Source: Octopus vulgaris
Lineage: Eukaryota
Length of the DNA stretch: 64,000 nt
Assembly (NCBI GenBank): GCA_951406725.2
Contig: OX597824.1
Span: forward strand, 16,864,001-16,928,000
Direction of reading: 5' to 3'
Shown here piece by piece: positions 40,323-55,374 of this stretch (the stretch's first letter is position 1; every line of letters starts with the position of its first letter). Below the pieces are notes generated by a model. That model was given only the letters and a program-made list of their open reading frames with translations. It was not told the DNA's origin and did no database searches. A program made the position numbers and the translations under genes.

Positions 40323-40714
40323 TTAGCAGTATCGCCCGGCGTTGCTCGGGTTTGTTTTGACCCTTTAGAATTGGAATGTTTGAAAAGTAAAAACTTTGCA
40401 TTATGTAGCTTGTTATTCTCCTTTAAGTGAACATTTTTCTGGTTGAAATACACCAAAAAATGACGACACAGCAGTCGGAAAATTGTAAAACATAGGGATT
40501 TTCATAGAAAGAAAGCGCCTTTTTGATGTAACTAATTTTTGGTGCTAACATGGTCTGATTTGAAGTTTTTTTTCTTCTACGGAAGGAAGAGCAAGCCTTC
40601 TTCTATCATACTTTCAATTTTGGTCAACTTGTGTCGCAGGGTCTCGGAGAAGATAGTGTTAGTTGAAGGCTACCAAACCTGCCATACACAGACAACTTTA
40701 GTTTTATATAGAGA
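40323..40714 (-). mobile_element. Non-autonomous Helitron (subfamily shared with 46406)
   Basis: Same 3' hairpin (terminal CTAG mutated to CTAA) and A|TCTCTATATAAAAC start. Body homologous to 46406-46808. Confidence 0.8.
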
Positions 40715-40936
40715 TTAAACCTTAGTCAGGATGTCGTTATTTTGATACTCGTCGCAAATCGTTATGATGCAGGTAACTCATATTTAATATGGAGATCCGG
40801 GACATCTAGCTTTTTCTCAACTACATTAACCGTTATGCTCTCCGACGCAGTTGACTGGTCAGCAATACTTCAAGATGTTCCTGAAAAATATAGCATTAAA
40901 AAAATCCGTCAAATTTATCCCGAACACTTTATATTG

Positions 40937-41366
40937 CTCTTTACTCTTTACTCTTTTACTTGTTTCAGTCATTTGACTGCGGCCATGCTGGAGCACCGCA
41001 TTTAGTCGAGCAACTCGACCCCGGAACTTATTCTTTGTAAGTCCAGTACTTATTCTATCGGTCTCTTTTGCCGAACCGCTAAGTGACGGGAACGTAAACA
41101 CACCAGCATCGGTTGTCAAGCAATGCTAGGGGGACAAACACAGACACACAGACACAAACGCACACACATATATACAGATATATATATATATATACATATA
41201 TACGACGGGCTTCTTTCAGTTTCCGTCTACCAAATCCACTCACAAGGCTTTGGTCGGCCCGATGCTATAGTAGAAGACATTTGCCCAAGGTGTCACGCAG
41301 TGGGACTGAACCCGGAATTATGTGGTTGGTGAGCAAGCTACTTACCACACAGCCACTCCAGCGCCT
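40937..41366 (-). mobile_element. Full-length family-A SINE
   Basis: Reverse complement of 10167-10627. Confidence 0.9.
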
Positions 41367-41714
41367 ATATATTTCAATGACATAGATTCATACTTACACG
41401 CAAGCCGAGACACGATTCGTCTCATGTGTGTGCTTGTGTGAGAGTGTATATGACTGTGTGTGTGTATGTGTGTGTGTAATGGTATAGAGGTGTGTGTAAA
41501 ACGGAAGGCGGTGTAAGGTAAATGAAGCTCGGTGATCGTTGTTCTTTATGTATTTTGTATAACATAGAGAGGTCTTCGTTGCTATTCTCTTCGTGGTATG
41601 AAAAGAAATGCAGTTGATCAATGACCAAGTGGAAGCTACTGTGCCCGATTATAATTTTTCCGGATACAAAAAAGGCCTTATATGGCATCTCTGTGTGTCC
41701 CAGCACAAATACAT

Positions 41715-41802
<88 letters not shown>

Positions 41803-41876
41803 GTGTGTGTGTGTTTGTGTATATATATATATATATGAAATATATATTTCTATATAAGTTCATATACACACATATG

Positions 41877-41923
<47 letters not shown>

Positions 41924-42159
41924 AGTGTGTATATATATATATATATATGTGTGTGTATGTATTAGTGTGTCTGTTTTTGACAACCGATGTTGGTGTGTTT
42001 AGGTCCTCGTAACTTAGCGGCTGCGCAAACGCGAGCGATAGAATAAGTCCAGAGGTCGATTTGTTTGCCTAAAGGTCACAGTCAAATGATCGCATGGTCG
42101 CAGTGAAATGACTGAACCAATTAAAAGAAGACAAAAACATATATATATATATATATCTC

Positions 42160-42364
42160 AAAATGTGACCTCGTGTGTACTGTTGGCGATTTTTTTCCCT
42201 CTGTCTTCCCTTCTCTGGATCCTTCCTTCTCCTACGTTTCCGACGAAGAGCTCCGCTCGAAACATTAAAACCTGCTTCTTTCTTTCATTCCTGAGCGTCC
42301 AATAATACTATATTTGTTCCACGTCCTCGCGTTGTTGTGTTTTTTTGTGCTTTCTTGTATGGAT

Positions 42365-42370
<6 letters not shown>
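42160..42370 (+). mobile_element. Family H2 short element with hammerhead-like motif
   Basis: GTTT-CCGACGA-A-GAGC-TCC-GCTC-GAAAC-ATT-AAAA at 42236-42270. (TA)n on both sides. Confidence 0.65.
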
Positions 42371-42428
<58 letters not shown>

Positions 42429-42441
42429 AGTGTGTGTGTGC

Positions 42442-42477
<36 letters not shown>

Positions 42478-42695
42478 GCGTAGGTGTGTATTCTTGTATG
42501 TAAATCTAAATATCTATGCGTATATATAAATGAGGTATATTCGCCATCTCAATATGGCTAACCACTAAGGGTGGGTGTTACAGTAGCTTGTAGCCCCAGG
42601 AGAACATCTCCTCCAGCTGGCTATAGGCACACTTTCCGTGACCTATCGGTATTTGCAAAGGGAGGTCATCCTTCCCTCGTCAACCTAAGTGATAC

Positions 42696-42736
42696 GCACG
42701 GACTGCAGTTTCTGGGTATTGACCCGTCATCAGCGT

Positions 42737-42738
<2 letters not shown>
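42696..42738 (-). ncRNA. Minimal type I hammerhead ribozyme, intact core
   Basis: GTACG-CTGATGA-C-GGGT-CAAT-ACCC-A-GAAAC-TGCA-GTC-CGTGC: canonical CUGAUGA, GAAA and GUC, all stems pair, palindromic stem III. Abuts (TA)n. Confidence 0.8.
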
Positions 42739-42810
<72 letters not shown>

Positions 42811-43200
42811 CATTATATGTATTTGTAAGCACACACACATATATGTGTATGTACATGCCTACACACATGTAAAGGTATATATATACATATATGCACTTAC
42901 ACAAGGACACACACACACGCATACATACATTATTAGGATTTGGTTGATAATAGCCATTCAGAAACACACTACAATTGAACTAAAGGTCGCAATCGATGCA
43001 ACGAAATTGTTGACACAGACTTGTAACTGCTTCAGGGAACTGTTTCAGTCTTAGGGTGCAAGGGACATTTGAATGGGGACTATGTCATCCACGATGTAAT
43101 TCCCATTTCAACACACAATCCCAGATCGTATCACACGCCTAGGGTACACACCACCGATATAGACATATGCATACATACATACATACATACATACATACAT

Positions 43201-43255
<55 letters not shown>

Positions 43256-43396
43256 CCTACCTACATATATATTTATAAATATATGTATATATACATATAC
43301 ATATATATATATATACAAACATATACATAAATATTTATATATACACACATATATATATAGATATATACATGTATACACACATATATATATATGTAA

Positions 43397-43427
<31 letters not shown>

Positions 43428-43542
43428 CATATAATATATATATGTATATATATATATATACATATATATATGTATGTATGTGTATATATATGTATATATA
43501 TATATGTATGTATGTGTATATATATATATGTATATATACATG

Positions 43543-43574
<32 letters not shown>

Positions 43575-44714
43575 TACATAAATATTTTTATCGCAGAGGA
43601 CAGCGAGACAAGTTGCGGATTAAGACGTCTATTCATTTCATGGATTTGAAACACAGATGGCACCAGTCAAATTTCAATTCTTCATCAGTTCACATTACCT
43701 GTAATTTCGCGATGCTCGGCAACAGTAATTGCAATAATAATAATCATATTTTCTTCTAACTTGTTCTAACGAGATTCTCAAAGAGCGTTGGACTGTGTGT
43801 GTAATAATGATATCAACATAGTCGGATAACGATATTCAAATAGCGCTTCCAGTTTAGAGTAGTTGATAATTATATCAACAGCATTAGGAAAGTGTGATAA
43901 ACATATATTTAAATGAGACAAATCTTTCGATAATTATGTAAACACATTTGCAATTATGTTATAGCAGTTGTATTCTCGCAGTCAATACACACACACACAC
44001 ACACACACACAGTCAATACACACACACAAATACAAACACACACGAATATAAATACTTCAATACCTACGTATATAGATACATACTTATACACAAGCACACA
44101 CATCAATACATACACACATATATACATAAATACATGCATGCATACGTATGTATGTAATTTAATATATGCACATATATATAAATATATATATGTAGGTATA
44201 TTTATATATATAAATATATATATGTATATATATATTTATATATATATTCATACATATATATATATATATATGAATGCATATGTATGTCAATTCTTCAATA
44301 CATACGTGCGTTCGTATATACATACATGTATGTATACACGCATATATAGGGAGATAGAAACATACATACATACATATACACATTTACTGAATATATATGA
44401 ATGCGTTTATGATACATATATCAACATATTCATAAATGTTTCTATATATACGTATGTATGTTTTGCAATGCTACGTAGTAGGCATAAAGACAATTTTGTG
44501 GGCGGGACAGCAACATCATTTGCATCTTTACCGTAAGTTACCAAGCCACTAATGATAAGCAACGAATTATTATCCTAACTAGGTGTTAATGGCATTTTAA
44601 GGCCAATTCTGTACCTTCATAATAATTGGAAATACATGATTTATTTTCACAGGTTGTCACGTGAATTATTTTTGACTACTTGGTAAAGTGCATGAAAACA
44701 TGTTATATATTGGC

Positions 44715-45330
44715 TTTAAATTTTGGCACAAAGCTGGCAAATTCAAGCAAGGGTTAAATAGATCATATTCGACCCCAGTGCTCAGCTGATTCTTATTTTC
44801 CCGATCCCTAAAGACTGAAAGGCACATTCCACCTCGGCGGAAATTACCCTTAAAACGTAAAGAAAATTTACCTCGGCATGCTAACGATTCTTATTTCTTT
44901 ATCGGCCACAAAGGGGTCGATAAATTAAGTACCAGTTACGCACTAGGGTCGATATAATCGACTTAATCCGTTTGTCCGTTCTTGTTTGTCCTCTCTGAGT
45001 TTAACCCCTTGTGGGTAGTAAAGAAAGAGGTATTTCCTCTGTCTTTGTGTTCTGTGTTCAAATTCCGCCGAGGTCAACTTTGACTTTCATCCTTTCGGGG
45101 TCGATTAATTAAGTACCAGTTTCGTACTGAGATCGAACTAACCGACTGACCCCCTCCCCCAAAACGTAGGGCCTTGTGCCTAGAGTACGAAAGATTTATT
45201 TTTATCGACTCCGAAAAGATGACAGGCAGTTTTGACTTGGGTGGAATTTGAACTCGAAACGTTAAAAATCGGAAAAATACTGCTAAGCATTTCTTCCGAC
45301 ATGCTAACGATTCCGGTATTTCGCCGCCTT
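44715..45330. mobile_element. Cluster of family-B SINE pieces in both orientations
   Basis: Minus 44715-44890, plus 44915-45185, minus 45195-45330. Confidence 0.75.
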
Positions 45331-45416
45331 TGAAGGTACCATAAACACTTTAGTAAAAATACGATACTCAATGACAAGTTATGGCTGCAACATTATCCGG
45401 AGCCTTTTAATAAAGT

Positions 45417-45668
45417 GGAGGCGCGTAGATTAGTGGTTAGGGTGTCAGCACCATTATCGTAAGATTGTGGTTTCGATTCCTGGACCAGGCACGGCGTTGT
45501 GTTCATTTCACGTTGCTCCAGTCTACACAGCTGGCAAAAATGAGTAACGCTGCGATGGACTAGTGTCTCGTCCAGCTGGGGAACACATAATCCATAGAAA
45601 CCGGGAAACCGGGCCCATGAGCCTGGCTATGCTTTAAAAAAGGGCGCATTTATTATTTTTTAATATTA
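45417..45668 (+). mobile_element. tRNA SINE with CORE-like middle and the tail of the 1723 element
   Basis: CTTTTAATAAA duplicated at 45404-45414 and 45669-45679. Tail GAGTAACGCTGCGATGGAC...GGGCCCATGAGCCTGGCTA. Confidence 0.8.
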
Positions 45669-45699
45669 CTTTTAATAAAATACATTAATATGTAGACGT

Positions 45700-45904
45700 G
45701 ACAGATTCATTAGGATGCCGTGCAAAATGTTTAGCGGTATTTCATCCGTTTTTACGTTCTGAGTTCAAATTCTGGCGAGGTCGACTTTACCTTTTATCCT
45801 CACAATGTCGATAAAAATAAGTACCTGTTACGCACTGGGGTCGATGTAATACACTAGCCCCTCTCCCGAATTTACTGGCCTTGTGCCAAAATTTGAAGCC
45901 AATA
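45700..45904 (+). mobile_element. Family-B SINE monomer
   Basis: Core GTCGACTTTACCTTTTATCC...AAGTACC. Confidence 0.75.
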
Positions 45905-46405
45905 TACTACAGTGTGATTCGAAGTAAATTTAATCGATTCTTTTTGGAGATTCCTTGGCGTACATAAAGGACGAATTTTTTTGTCGTTGTGTGCCAGTTC
46001 AGTTTCTTAGAGCACACCTAATACGAAAAGACATTCCAACAGTGACTGTTTTATCGATTTGTATACGACTGCGCTTTCCAATGCATGCCACTTTTTCAAG
46101 GCGGTACAATATGATGAAATCAAGGGGACTTGGTTGCTATTTTAGTATATCACTGCACGTATGTAATCGCGCTCGTCAGATTATCGAATACAGGTTACGA
46201 TTTTATCTTAGGATGTGTATGAATCGAAGGATATTCGATTTCTATTTCTAGCAAGTCGAGTGACAACGTAAAAGGCAAGTCAGTGAATATTGTAGGGAGA
46301 AACAATAAGAGCAAGGAAATAGGGAAACTCACTAGAGTTTCACTGGTCCTTGTCATTTGATTGCAGTCATGCTGTGGCAACGAATAGCAGCGTTTTAGAG
46401 AAATA

Positions 46406-46808
46406 CTAGCAGTATAGCCCAGCGTTGATCGGGTTTGTTACCTTTTCCACCTTTTAGAATTGGAATTTTTGAAAAGTAAAAATTTTACATTATATAGCTT
46501 GCTCTTCTCTTTAAGTGCACATTTTTCTCTTTGAAATACACCGAAAAATGGCGACACAGCAGTAAAAAAATCGTAAAAAATAGGGATTTTCATAGGAAAA
46601 ACCCATCTTTTTCTTGTAAATAATTTTTAGTCTTAACATGGTCCGATTTGAATTTTCTCTTCTACGGAATAAAGAGCAAGCCTTCTTCTAACATACTCTT
46701 AATTTTGGTCAACTTGCGCCGCAGGGTCTCGGAGGAGAAAGTGTTAGTTGAAGGCTGCCAAACCTGTCACACACACACAGACAACTTCAGCCTTATATAT
46801 ATAGAGAG
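46406..46808 (-). mobile_element. Non-autonomous Helitron
   Basis: CTAG end with degenerate hairpin. Homologous to 40323-40714. Confidence 0.8.
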
Positions 46809-47004
46809 AGAGCCTAGGAAGGAATTTCACGAGTTGAACTGTTACCTTCTCGACGCAGAAAGAAGCTGAACGGAATTAAAGAAAAACCGAAAAGTTTTTA
46901 AAACATTTTAAGCGTAAACATAGACGCGTCTAGGGGTAAATATGCAAACTTATATGGATTCAGGAAAGAACACACACATCCATATCAATCAATCAATCCA
47001 TCAA

Positions 47005-47070
<66 letters not shown>

Positions 47071-47111
47071 GCAATCTATTTGTCTGTTTGTGTGTATGTG
47101 TGTCTGTCTAA

Positions 47112-47166
<55 letters not shown>

Positions 47167-47228
47167 ATAAAACGGTAAGATAACAAAAGAAAGAAAGAGA
47201 CCTCAATATTATGTAAATAGAGGAAATT

Positions 47229-47402
47229 TATCTATACAATATGTTACATTACTCGGTAGTCAAGATAAAACTCTGAGTTTCAGATGCCGAAGTGGAAATC
47301 CACAACACCATCTCTTCGGTTATCTGGCTGGATTTCCACTTCGGCATCTGAAACTCAGAGTTTTATCTTGACTACCGAGTAATGTAACATATTGTATAGA
47401 TA
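47229..47402. repeat. Perfect 74-bp inverted repeat with 26-nt loop inside a (TA)n-flanked insert
   Basis: Arms 47229-47302 and 47329-47402 are exact reverse complements. Contains GAAACTCAGAGTT. Confidence 0.9.
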
Positions 47403-47644
47403 TATATATATATATATATATAAAATAAAAAAATAAAAAAATAGGATAAAATCTTAATAAAAAATCTTAATAAGAAATTATCAGGTAGTTAGCGTGAAAA
47501 ACCTCATAAGAGAAAAATCTGTAGCACAAAATCTGTGTTTAAATGTCTTGCTTCGAGAGCTGCATTCGGTACGATTCGTTTATTTTTGGTAGTTATGACT
47601 TTAAAAGACCCTCCTAGCGTGTGGCATTTATGTATAATAATGCC

Positions 47645-47712
<68 letters not shown>

Positions 47713-48200
47713 TTGTATGTGTGTGTATATATATATACATGCATATATAACATAGGTATGCTCGTATACATGCATTTGTATATGTGTCTATATACGTAAG
47801 CACATATACACATGGATATATATATATGTGTGTGTGTGTATACATACGCACATGTACACACACATTCACACACACACACACACACATACACACACACACA
47901 ACATATATAGAGAGTGAGGTATTTTGAATCAGTATTAAGCAATCTGGCAGTTCTTTTACATGAAATTACGTCTATCTTTTTGAACCAAGGTCTTGAAGAG
48001 ACTTGTATACATCGACATCAATTGTTTATAAATTAAATAATGTATATAAATCGAAACAAATTCTTGGCTTTATTTATTTTTTAAACTTGTTACCTCATCG
48101 TATCTTATATTATATTTTATAGTATCTTATATTATAATGTAATAAATGGTGAGATTGTCAATTATATTACTCTATTTAATTTATTATACGTCATATATAT

Positions 48201-48371
48201 AGGCGCAGGAGTGGCTGTGTGGTAAGTAGCTTGCTAACCAACCACATGGTACCGGGTTCAGTCCCACTGCGTGGCACCTTGGGCAAGTGTCTTCTTCTGT
48301 AGCCTCGGGCCGACCAAAGCCTTGTGAGTGGATTTGGTAAACGGAAACTGAAAAAGCCTGTCGTATATAGC

Positions 48372-48455
<84 letters not shown>

Positions 48456-48668
48456 TTGTGTATCTGTTTGTTCCCCTAGCATTGCTTGACAACCGATGCT
48501 GGTGTGTTTACGTCCCCGTCACTTAGCGGTTCGACAAAAAGACACCGATAGAATAAGTACTGGGCTTACAAAAAGAATAAGTCCCGGGGTCGAGTTGCTC
48601 GACTAAAGGCGGTGCTCCAGCATGGCCGCAGTCAAATGACTGAAACAAGTGAAAGAGAATGAGAAAGA

Positions 48669-48670
<2 letters not shown>
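48201..48670 (+). mobile_element. Full-length family-A SINE
   Basis: Highly similar to 10167-10627. Confidence 0.9.
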
Positions 48671-48724
<54 letters not shown>

Positions 48725-48742
48725 GAAGAGAGAGAGAGAGAG

Positions 48743-48832
<90 letters not shown>

Positions 48833-49039
48833 GTAATGGGTATCCGAACAATTTTAATCCACCGAATTCCATTCACAACTCATTGATCAATCAGAGATAT
48901 ATTCACAGGCACATGACCGAGGAATTCACACGAGGAACTTCATGATTGCATACTGACATTCTTAAACCACATGGATATGCTTTGGGTATAAGTATATATT
49001 TATGAATTCTAAGTGTTGCATAACCTCCTTAAATCACTT

Positions 49040-49288
49040 GGCACTCAGTCGGTTACGACGACGAGGGTTCCAGTTGATCCGATCAACGGAACAGCCTGCT
49101 CGTGAAATTAACGTGTAAGTGGCTGAGCACCCCGCAAACACGTTCACCCTGAACGTATTTCTCAGGGAGATTCAGCATGACACAGAGTGTGACAAGGTTG
49201 GCCCATTGAATTACAGGTACAACAGAAACAGGAAGAAACAGTGAGAGGAAGTTCTGGTGAAAGAGTACAGCAGGGTTCGCCACCACCA
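49040..49288 (-). mobile_element. 3' half of the 20988-type SINE
   Basis: Reverse complement of 21112-21338. Confidence 0.8.
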
Positions 49289-49386
49289 ATATGTTTCAAT
49301 AACGATCTCAAAAATCTGTGAAAGATAATTTACTTTAGTATAACGTAAGACTTATTTTTGCTCCAAGACAGAAGACAGATATTGAT

Positions 49387-49414
49387 GACGTTTCGGTAAA
49401 AATGCCTTCATCAG
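49387..49414 (-). ncRNA. Minimal hammerhead-like motif
   Basis: CTGATGA-A-GGCA-TTTT-TACC-GAAAC-GTC. Stem I pairing is poor. Confidence 0.45.
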
Positions 49415-50488
49415 TATTATACCTCAAAACAATTGACCTAATTTTAAGATACAGGAAACGATTCACAAATTACATTTGCTAGTGTAATTTATACAATTCA
49501 CAAAAATAAATGTGAAAAATATTAATGCTAATTTTATTGTTTAATTAACTTAAAATGCAGTAAGGTCGAAATTGAATTCGAAATCTAAATATACCGGGAA
49601 CATCCCGTGCCTTGAGCTTGCGCTCGCACTGCGAGGGTCGCTCGTTTCAATTGGCCTAGGAAATAGTGGAGTTGGGGCGCGGAAGGCCCACCGTTTCGGT
49701 CCACTCCCGTGCCCATGTTGCGTTCGGGCAGCATGGCTCCATGGGGTACAGTGTCGAACGGGAGTCCGATGACAGACGCGGGGAGCCGAACTGGTCCACT
49801 CAGTTGCTCCCCGATTTGCTCCCCTGTCGGCTCCGAAGGCCGCTCGGGCCCTGCCTACTTGTCGCGGTGGCACCGGCCACAGTAATAGACCGGAACTATA
49901 TAAACACATGAATATTTTCTTCGTCAAACGAGACAAATATAGCAAATGACCAGATATTTTAAAGTGCAGGCTAAAGGACTCAGTTTGGTGAACCGGGACT
50001 TAATGTTTAAGCATAAATACAACAGCATAGCGAAGGAAAATCGTTAACGTTAAAGGAAAATACAAGGCAATGATGATAACACAGAAATTTCAATTAGTTA
50101 AACACGAATTAAAGATACACAGTTTAGGGAAATGAATTAAAATGTGTGAAATCTCACTTAACGAAATAAAACAAGTGAATGTGTGTCAACGTTGTAATGA
50201 TAGAATTGCGCTAGGCAGGCCTGGGATCTCGGAGAAAATAAGTAAATGAAGACGGATGAATTTTTAATTAAAAATTTAGATTTTCCGTTCAGGCCTCCTC
50301 AAACGCTCACGAAAAAGGTTTCAAAGACGGACTAATTTCACAATAAGACGGAACGATATGAATATGACTCAGCAAATATACTTTAATTAGAAAATATATT
50401 GCGTTACATCGAAATGTGTTAGAGCGAGCTTTGTAACATATGAAGTAGTCACATCAGAATATCTGTATGCGGATAAGTATGTGAATGC

Positions 50489-50533
<45 letters not shown>

Positions 50534-50744
50534 CGGTTTCTTATACAAATATTGATGAAGAGAGAAGTAATAAGGAGAGATCAGACAGAGCGATAGCTAG
50601 CAAGAAAGACAGACAAATATAAATAGGCGCATGGATACATGTCGTTGTCGTTAAAGCTGTTAAGTGCGTTTCACGAGGTCTTCTAATGGTATTTATGATG
50701 GAACAAGAAATAAAGGAATTATAGATCGCCACTTAGCTCCAATT

Positions 50745-50807
<63 letters not shown>

Positions 50808-50849
50808 ATATATGTATATATAAATATATAAATATATATATATATATAT

Positions 50850-50969
<120 letters not shown>

Positions 50970-51201
50970 TTGTCTGTGTCTGCATATATATATATATATG
51001 CATATCTCCGTCTCTTTCTGTCTGTCTCTATCTTTCTATCTACATACATGCGTATATATACATATATATGTATATACATTCGTATCTATGTATGTATATA
51101 TATATATATATATATACACAAATATACACACGCATATATATGATGTATGTGTATGTACATACACACACACATCTACACATATATATATATATATCTATAG
51201 A

Positions 51202-51247
<46 letters not shown>

Positions 51248-51466
51248 TGTGTGTGTGTATGCATGTATAAATATATGTATGCGTGTATGTGTCACTGCAA
51301 ATCTTAAACAATGAATCCATCTATTCACATTACATATGTATATATGCGTATATATTTATATATGTACATACATATATATATATGTATATATATATATATA
51401 TGTGTGCGTGTGTGTATTTAAAGTTATGTGTGTAGGTGTGTGTGTGCGTGTTTCTGTGTATGCATT

Positions 51467-51516
<50 letters not shown>

Positions 51517-51544
51517 GGACATAGAGAGACACAGAGCGAAAGGA

Positions 51545-51612
<68 letters not shown>

Positions 51613-51979
51613 GGAGAGAGAGGGAGGGAGCATTATATTTAGCATTGCTGGTGTATGTCTAAGTATTTGGAGCCAATTAGTATGAGCTTCATTTATTGAT
51701 TTTTAGGTTTCATGTGGATATACATACGTAAGCAGACATATATTATACCCCACCACGCACAGGCACACATGAAGCACGAAGAAGAAGAAGAAGAAGAAGA
51801 AATGAGCCTGCGCCTGCATGTGTGCGTGTGCGTTCGTGTATGTGCATATATATAATATATATACATATATATGAGTGTATATATGTGATTGTAATGTAGA
51901 TAAATATTTGCAGACGTGTATGTTTATATGTACGTGGCATACAGAAACATACTTCAATATATAGGTACATGTGTGTGTG

Positions 51980-52052
<73 letters not shown>

Positions 52053-52631
52053 TGTTTGAGTATGTGAGAGCGTGTGCCCGTTTGTGTAGGTGTAGTTTTA
52101 AATAGGTTTCACTGAAAGAATCTTAGGAACTTTCAGACATTAAGACAGTGATAGACACGAACCGAAAGTCGGGAAGGTACTCAGCTTGCGCTCATTCTCC
52201 GCTGAGTAGAGTAGAGCAGAGCAAGTGCGAACGGAATCTTAAACCCAGAGGCAAAACTCACTGCTCAGCACATGATACGAACCTATGATCGCATGATCAT
52301 GATCCTAACCTTTTAAAAGGTAGGCCAATCATACACGCAATTATATATGTGTCGGTATGCTTGTGTAATATAACATTATTCAAATACACACGCACACACA
52401 CATACACACACGCGCACGCACACACACACGCACGCACACACACACACACACACACGCGCAAACACACACACATATAGACACGCACATACGTACATATATC
52501 TGTATATCTATGCGGGTCTGTATGCATTTTTTGTTAATATTATACGTAATTACACACACACTCATAAGCATATATATAAGGTTTTGTGTACAGTATATAT
52601 ACGTAAATATGTCTCCATTTTAATGTGTTCT

Positions 52632-52694
<63 letters not shown>

Positions 52695-52766
52695 TTCACG
52701 CGTGTGTGTGTGTATTTATGTATGTTAAAATGTGTATACTTACATATATATATTTGTAAAAATACA

Positions 52767-52809
<43 letters not shown>

Positions 52810-53059
52810 TATAATTACATGTAGAGTTCTGTAATACCTACACACAAACAGACACATATTTTTACAGACATGTAAAATATATACACACACACACACACAT
52901 ACTTATGCATATATATGTATATATGTATGTATACACATATATATATATATAAAGATATAATTATATACGTATATACATATATTTATATATAGATACATAT
53001 TCAAGCACATATACATACATACATGCATACATACATACATACATATATATATATATATA

Positions 53060-53140
<81 letters not shown>

Positions 53141-53750
53141 CTATTTATGTATGTATATATAGAAGCACACGTATATCCATGTGTGAAATAAAGGCATACG
53201 TAAAGATCTTGCTATCAACTCGCCCCACCGCTCCCCGCCTCCCTTACACACACACACACATCCACACTGCCTCTATTAATATGGCTTTCCACACTGTTAA
53301 TCAATACAAGCTGATTCATTATAGACTCATACCATTTCTGTGATTAATTCTCCGCAGGATTTTGTTCAGCCTGAAAGATAAACTATATCATACGGACAAA
53401 ATGTTGTAAAAAAGAAATTGGCAAGTGTAAAATAGATGCGTGAATTTACGGACAATAGTTTCAACATTGCAGCATTGAACGGATTCGCGTTGAGGCCTAT
53501 ACTATTCGGAATCTTTTAGAAATGAGATGTTCACATGCAGTTCTCTTCTCTTTCTCCATGCCTACGTATCTTCTTTGCCTATTTTTGTTGTTTTTTTTCT
53601 TTGTTTTTGTTTTCTCTCTATGACAGTTGATAATCACGTGTGCTAATACAGGTGTGTGTGTGTGTGTTTGCATACATATGCATATATATATATATATATA
53701 TATACATGCGCGTTTGTGCGTGTATTGTGTGCCTGTGAGTGTATATAACT

Positions 53751-53806
<56 letters not shown>

Positions 53807-53974
53807 GTATATATGTATACATATATATATATATGTATGTATGTATACATATATATATATATATATGTATGTATATATATATATATGTGTATAAATGTAT
53901 GTGTATATATATCTATTTATATATACACATATATATATGTATAATATGTATATATATTTATTTATATATATATG

Positions 53975-54022
<48 letters not shown>

Positions 54023-54048
54023 GTGAGTATATATATATATGTATATTA

Positions 54049-54097
<49 letters not shown>

Positions 54098-54329
54098 TTA
54101 TATATATATTTATATATATATATATATATATGTGTAGGTGTATATGTGTATGTTTGTGTATATATATTTTGCGTGTTTGTGTGTGTGTGTGTGTGTGTTT
54201 GTGCGTGTCTGTGAGTATGTGTGCGTGTGTAATGAAAGTATTAGAGTTTTTTGCGTTTATTAGTCAATACATGTGAAAATCTAATCCATACAAGGCGCAT
54301 TCATACATTTGATATGTTTCTATACATGG

Positions 54330-54383
<54 letters not shown>

Positions 54384-54519
54384 TTGTGTGTGTGTTTAAA
54401 TGCCTAATGTCTTAGTCGATATAATAAACCTTTCTGTCTTACCAGGTGTGTAAATAGGGAACGGGGCTTATCTTTTCGAATTCTATGAATTCGTACTCTC
54501 TGAATATACAGACTTCTAT

Positions 54520-54960
54520 ATATGTATGTATATATGTATGAATGTATGTATGTATGTATGTATGTATGTATGTATGTATGTGTATGTGTGTATGTATGTA
54601 TGTACGTGTGTATGTATGTATGTATGTATGTATGTATGTATGCATGCATGCATGCATGTATGTATGTATGTATGTGTGTATATATGTATGTATGTGTGTA
54701 TGTATGTGTGTATGTGTGTATGTATGTATGCATGTATGTACGTGTGTATGTATGTATGTATGTATGTATGTGTGTATGTATGTATGTATGTATGTATGTA
54801 TGCATGCATGCATGCATGTACGTATGTATGTATGTACGTATGTATGTATGTATGTATGTATGTATGTATGTATGTACGTACGTATGTATGTATGTATGTA
54901 TGGACGTGTGTATGCTTGGATGTATGTGCGGATGTATGTATGTATGTATGTATGTATTCG
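54520..54960. repeat. (ATGT)n array
   Basis: Directly visible. Confidence 0.9.
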
Positions 54961-55207
54961 CACACACGCGTACATACATACACGCACGCACACACATATA
55001 TGGCCGCAGTCTGAAACACGTAAAGGAATAAAAGAATTAAAAAATATACATACACACAAAACCTCTCGCAGAAACTGTCACAAAAACGTATTCTTAATAT
55101 AGAAAGTGATAAATTTGTATACATCACTCTACAAATTTTGTTTCTTTCGAAGTTCTTGACATCTTACACACGTGCATACAGATATACACATTCATATGCA
55201 TAAGTAT

Positions 55208-55238
<31 letters not shown>

Positions 55239-55374
55239 CATATACATAAATGTAACCATGTATATATGTATATATATATATACATATATTCATATTTATA
55301 TATATATTTATATTTGTGCATATATTTATATATTTATACATATACATATATATACATATATGTATATATGTGTA

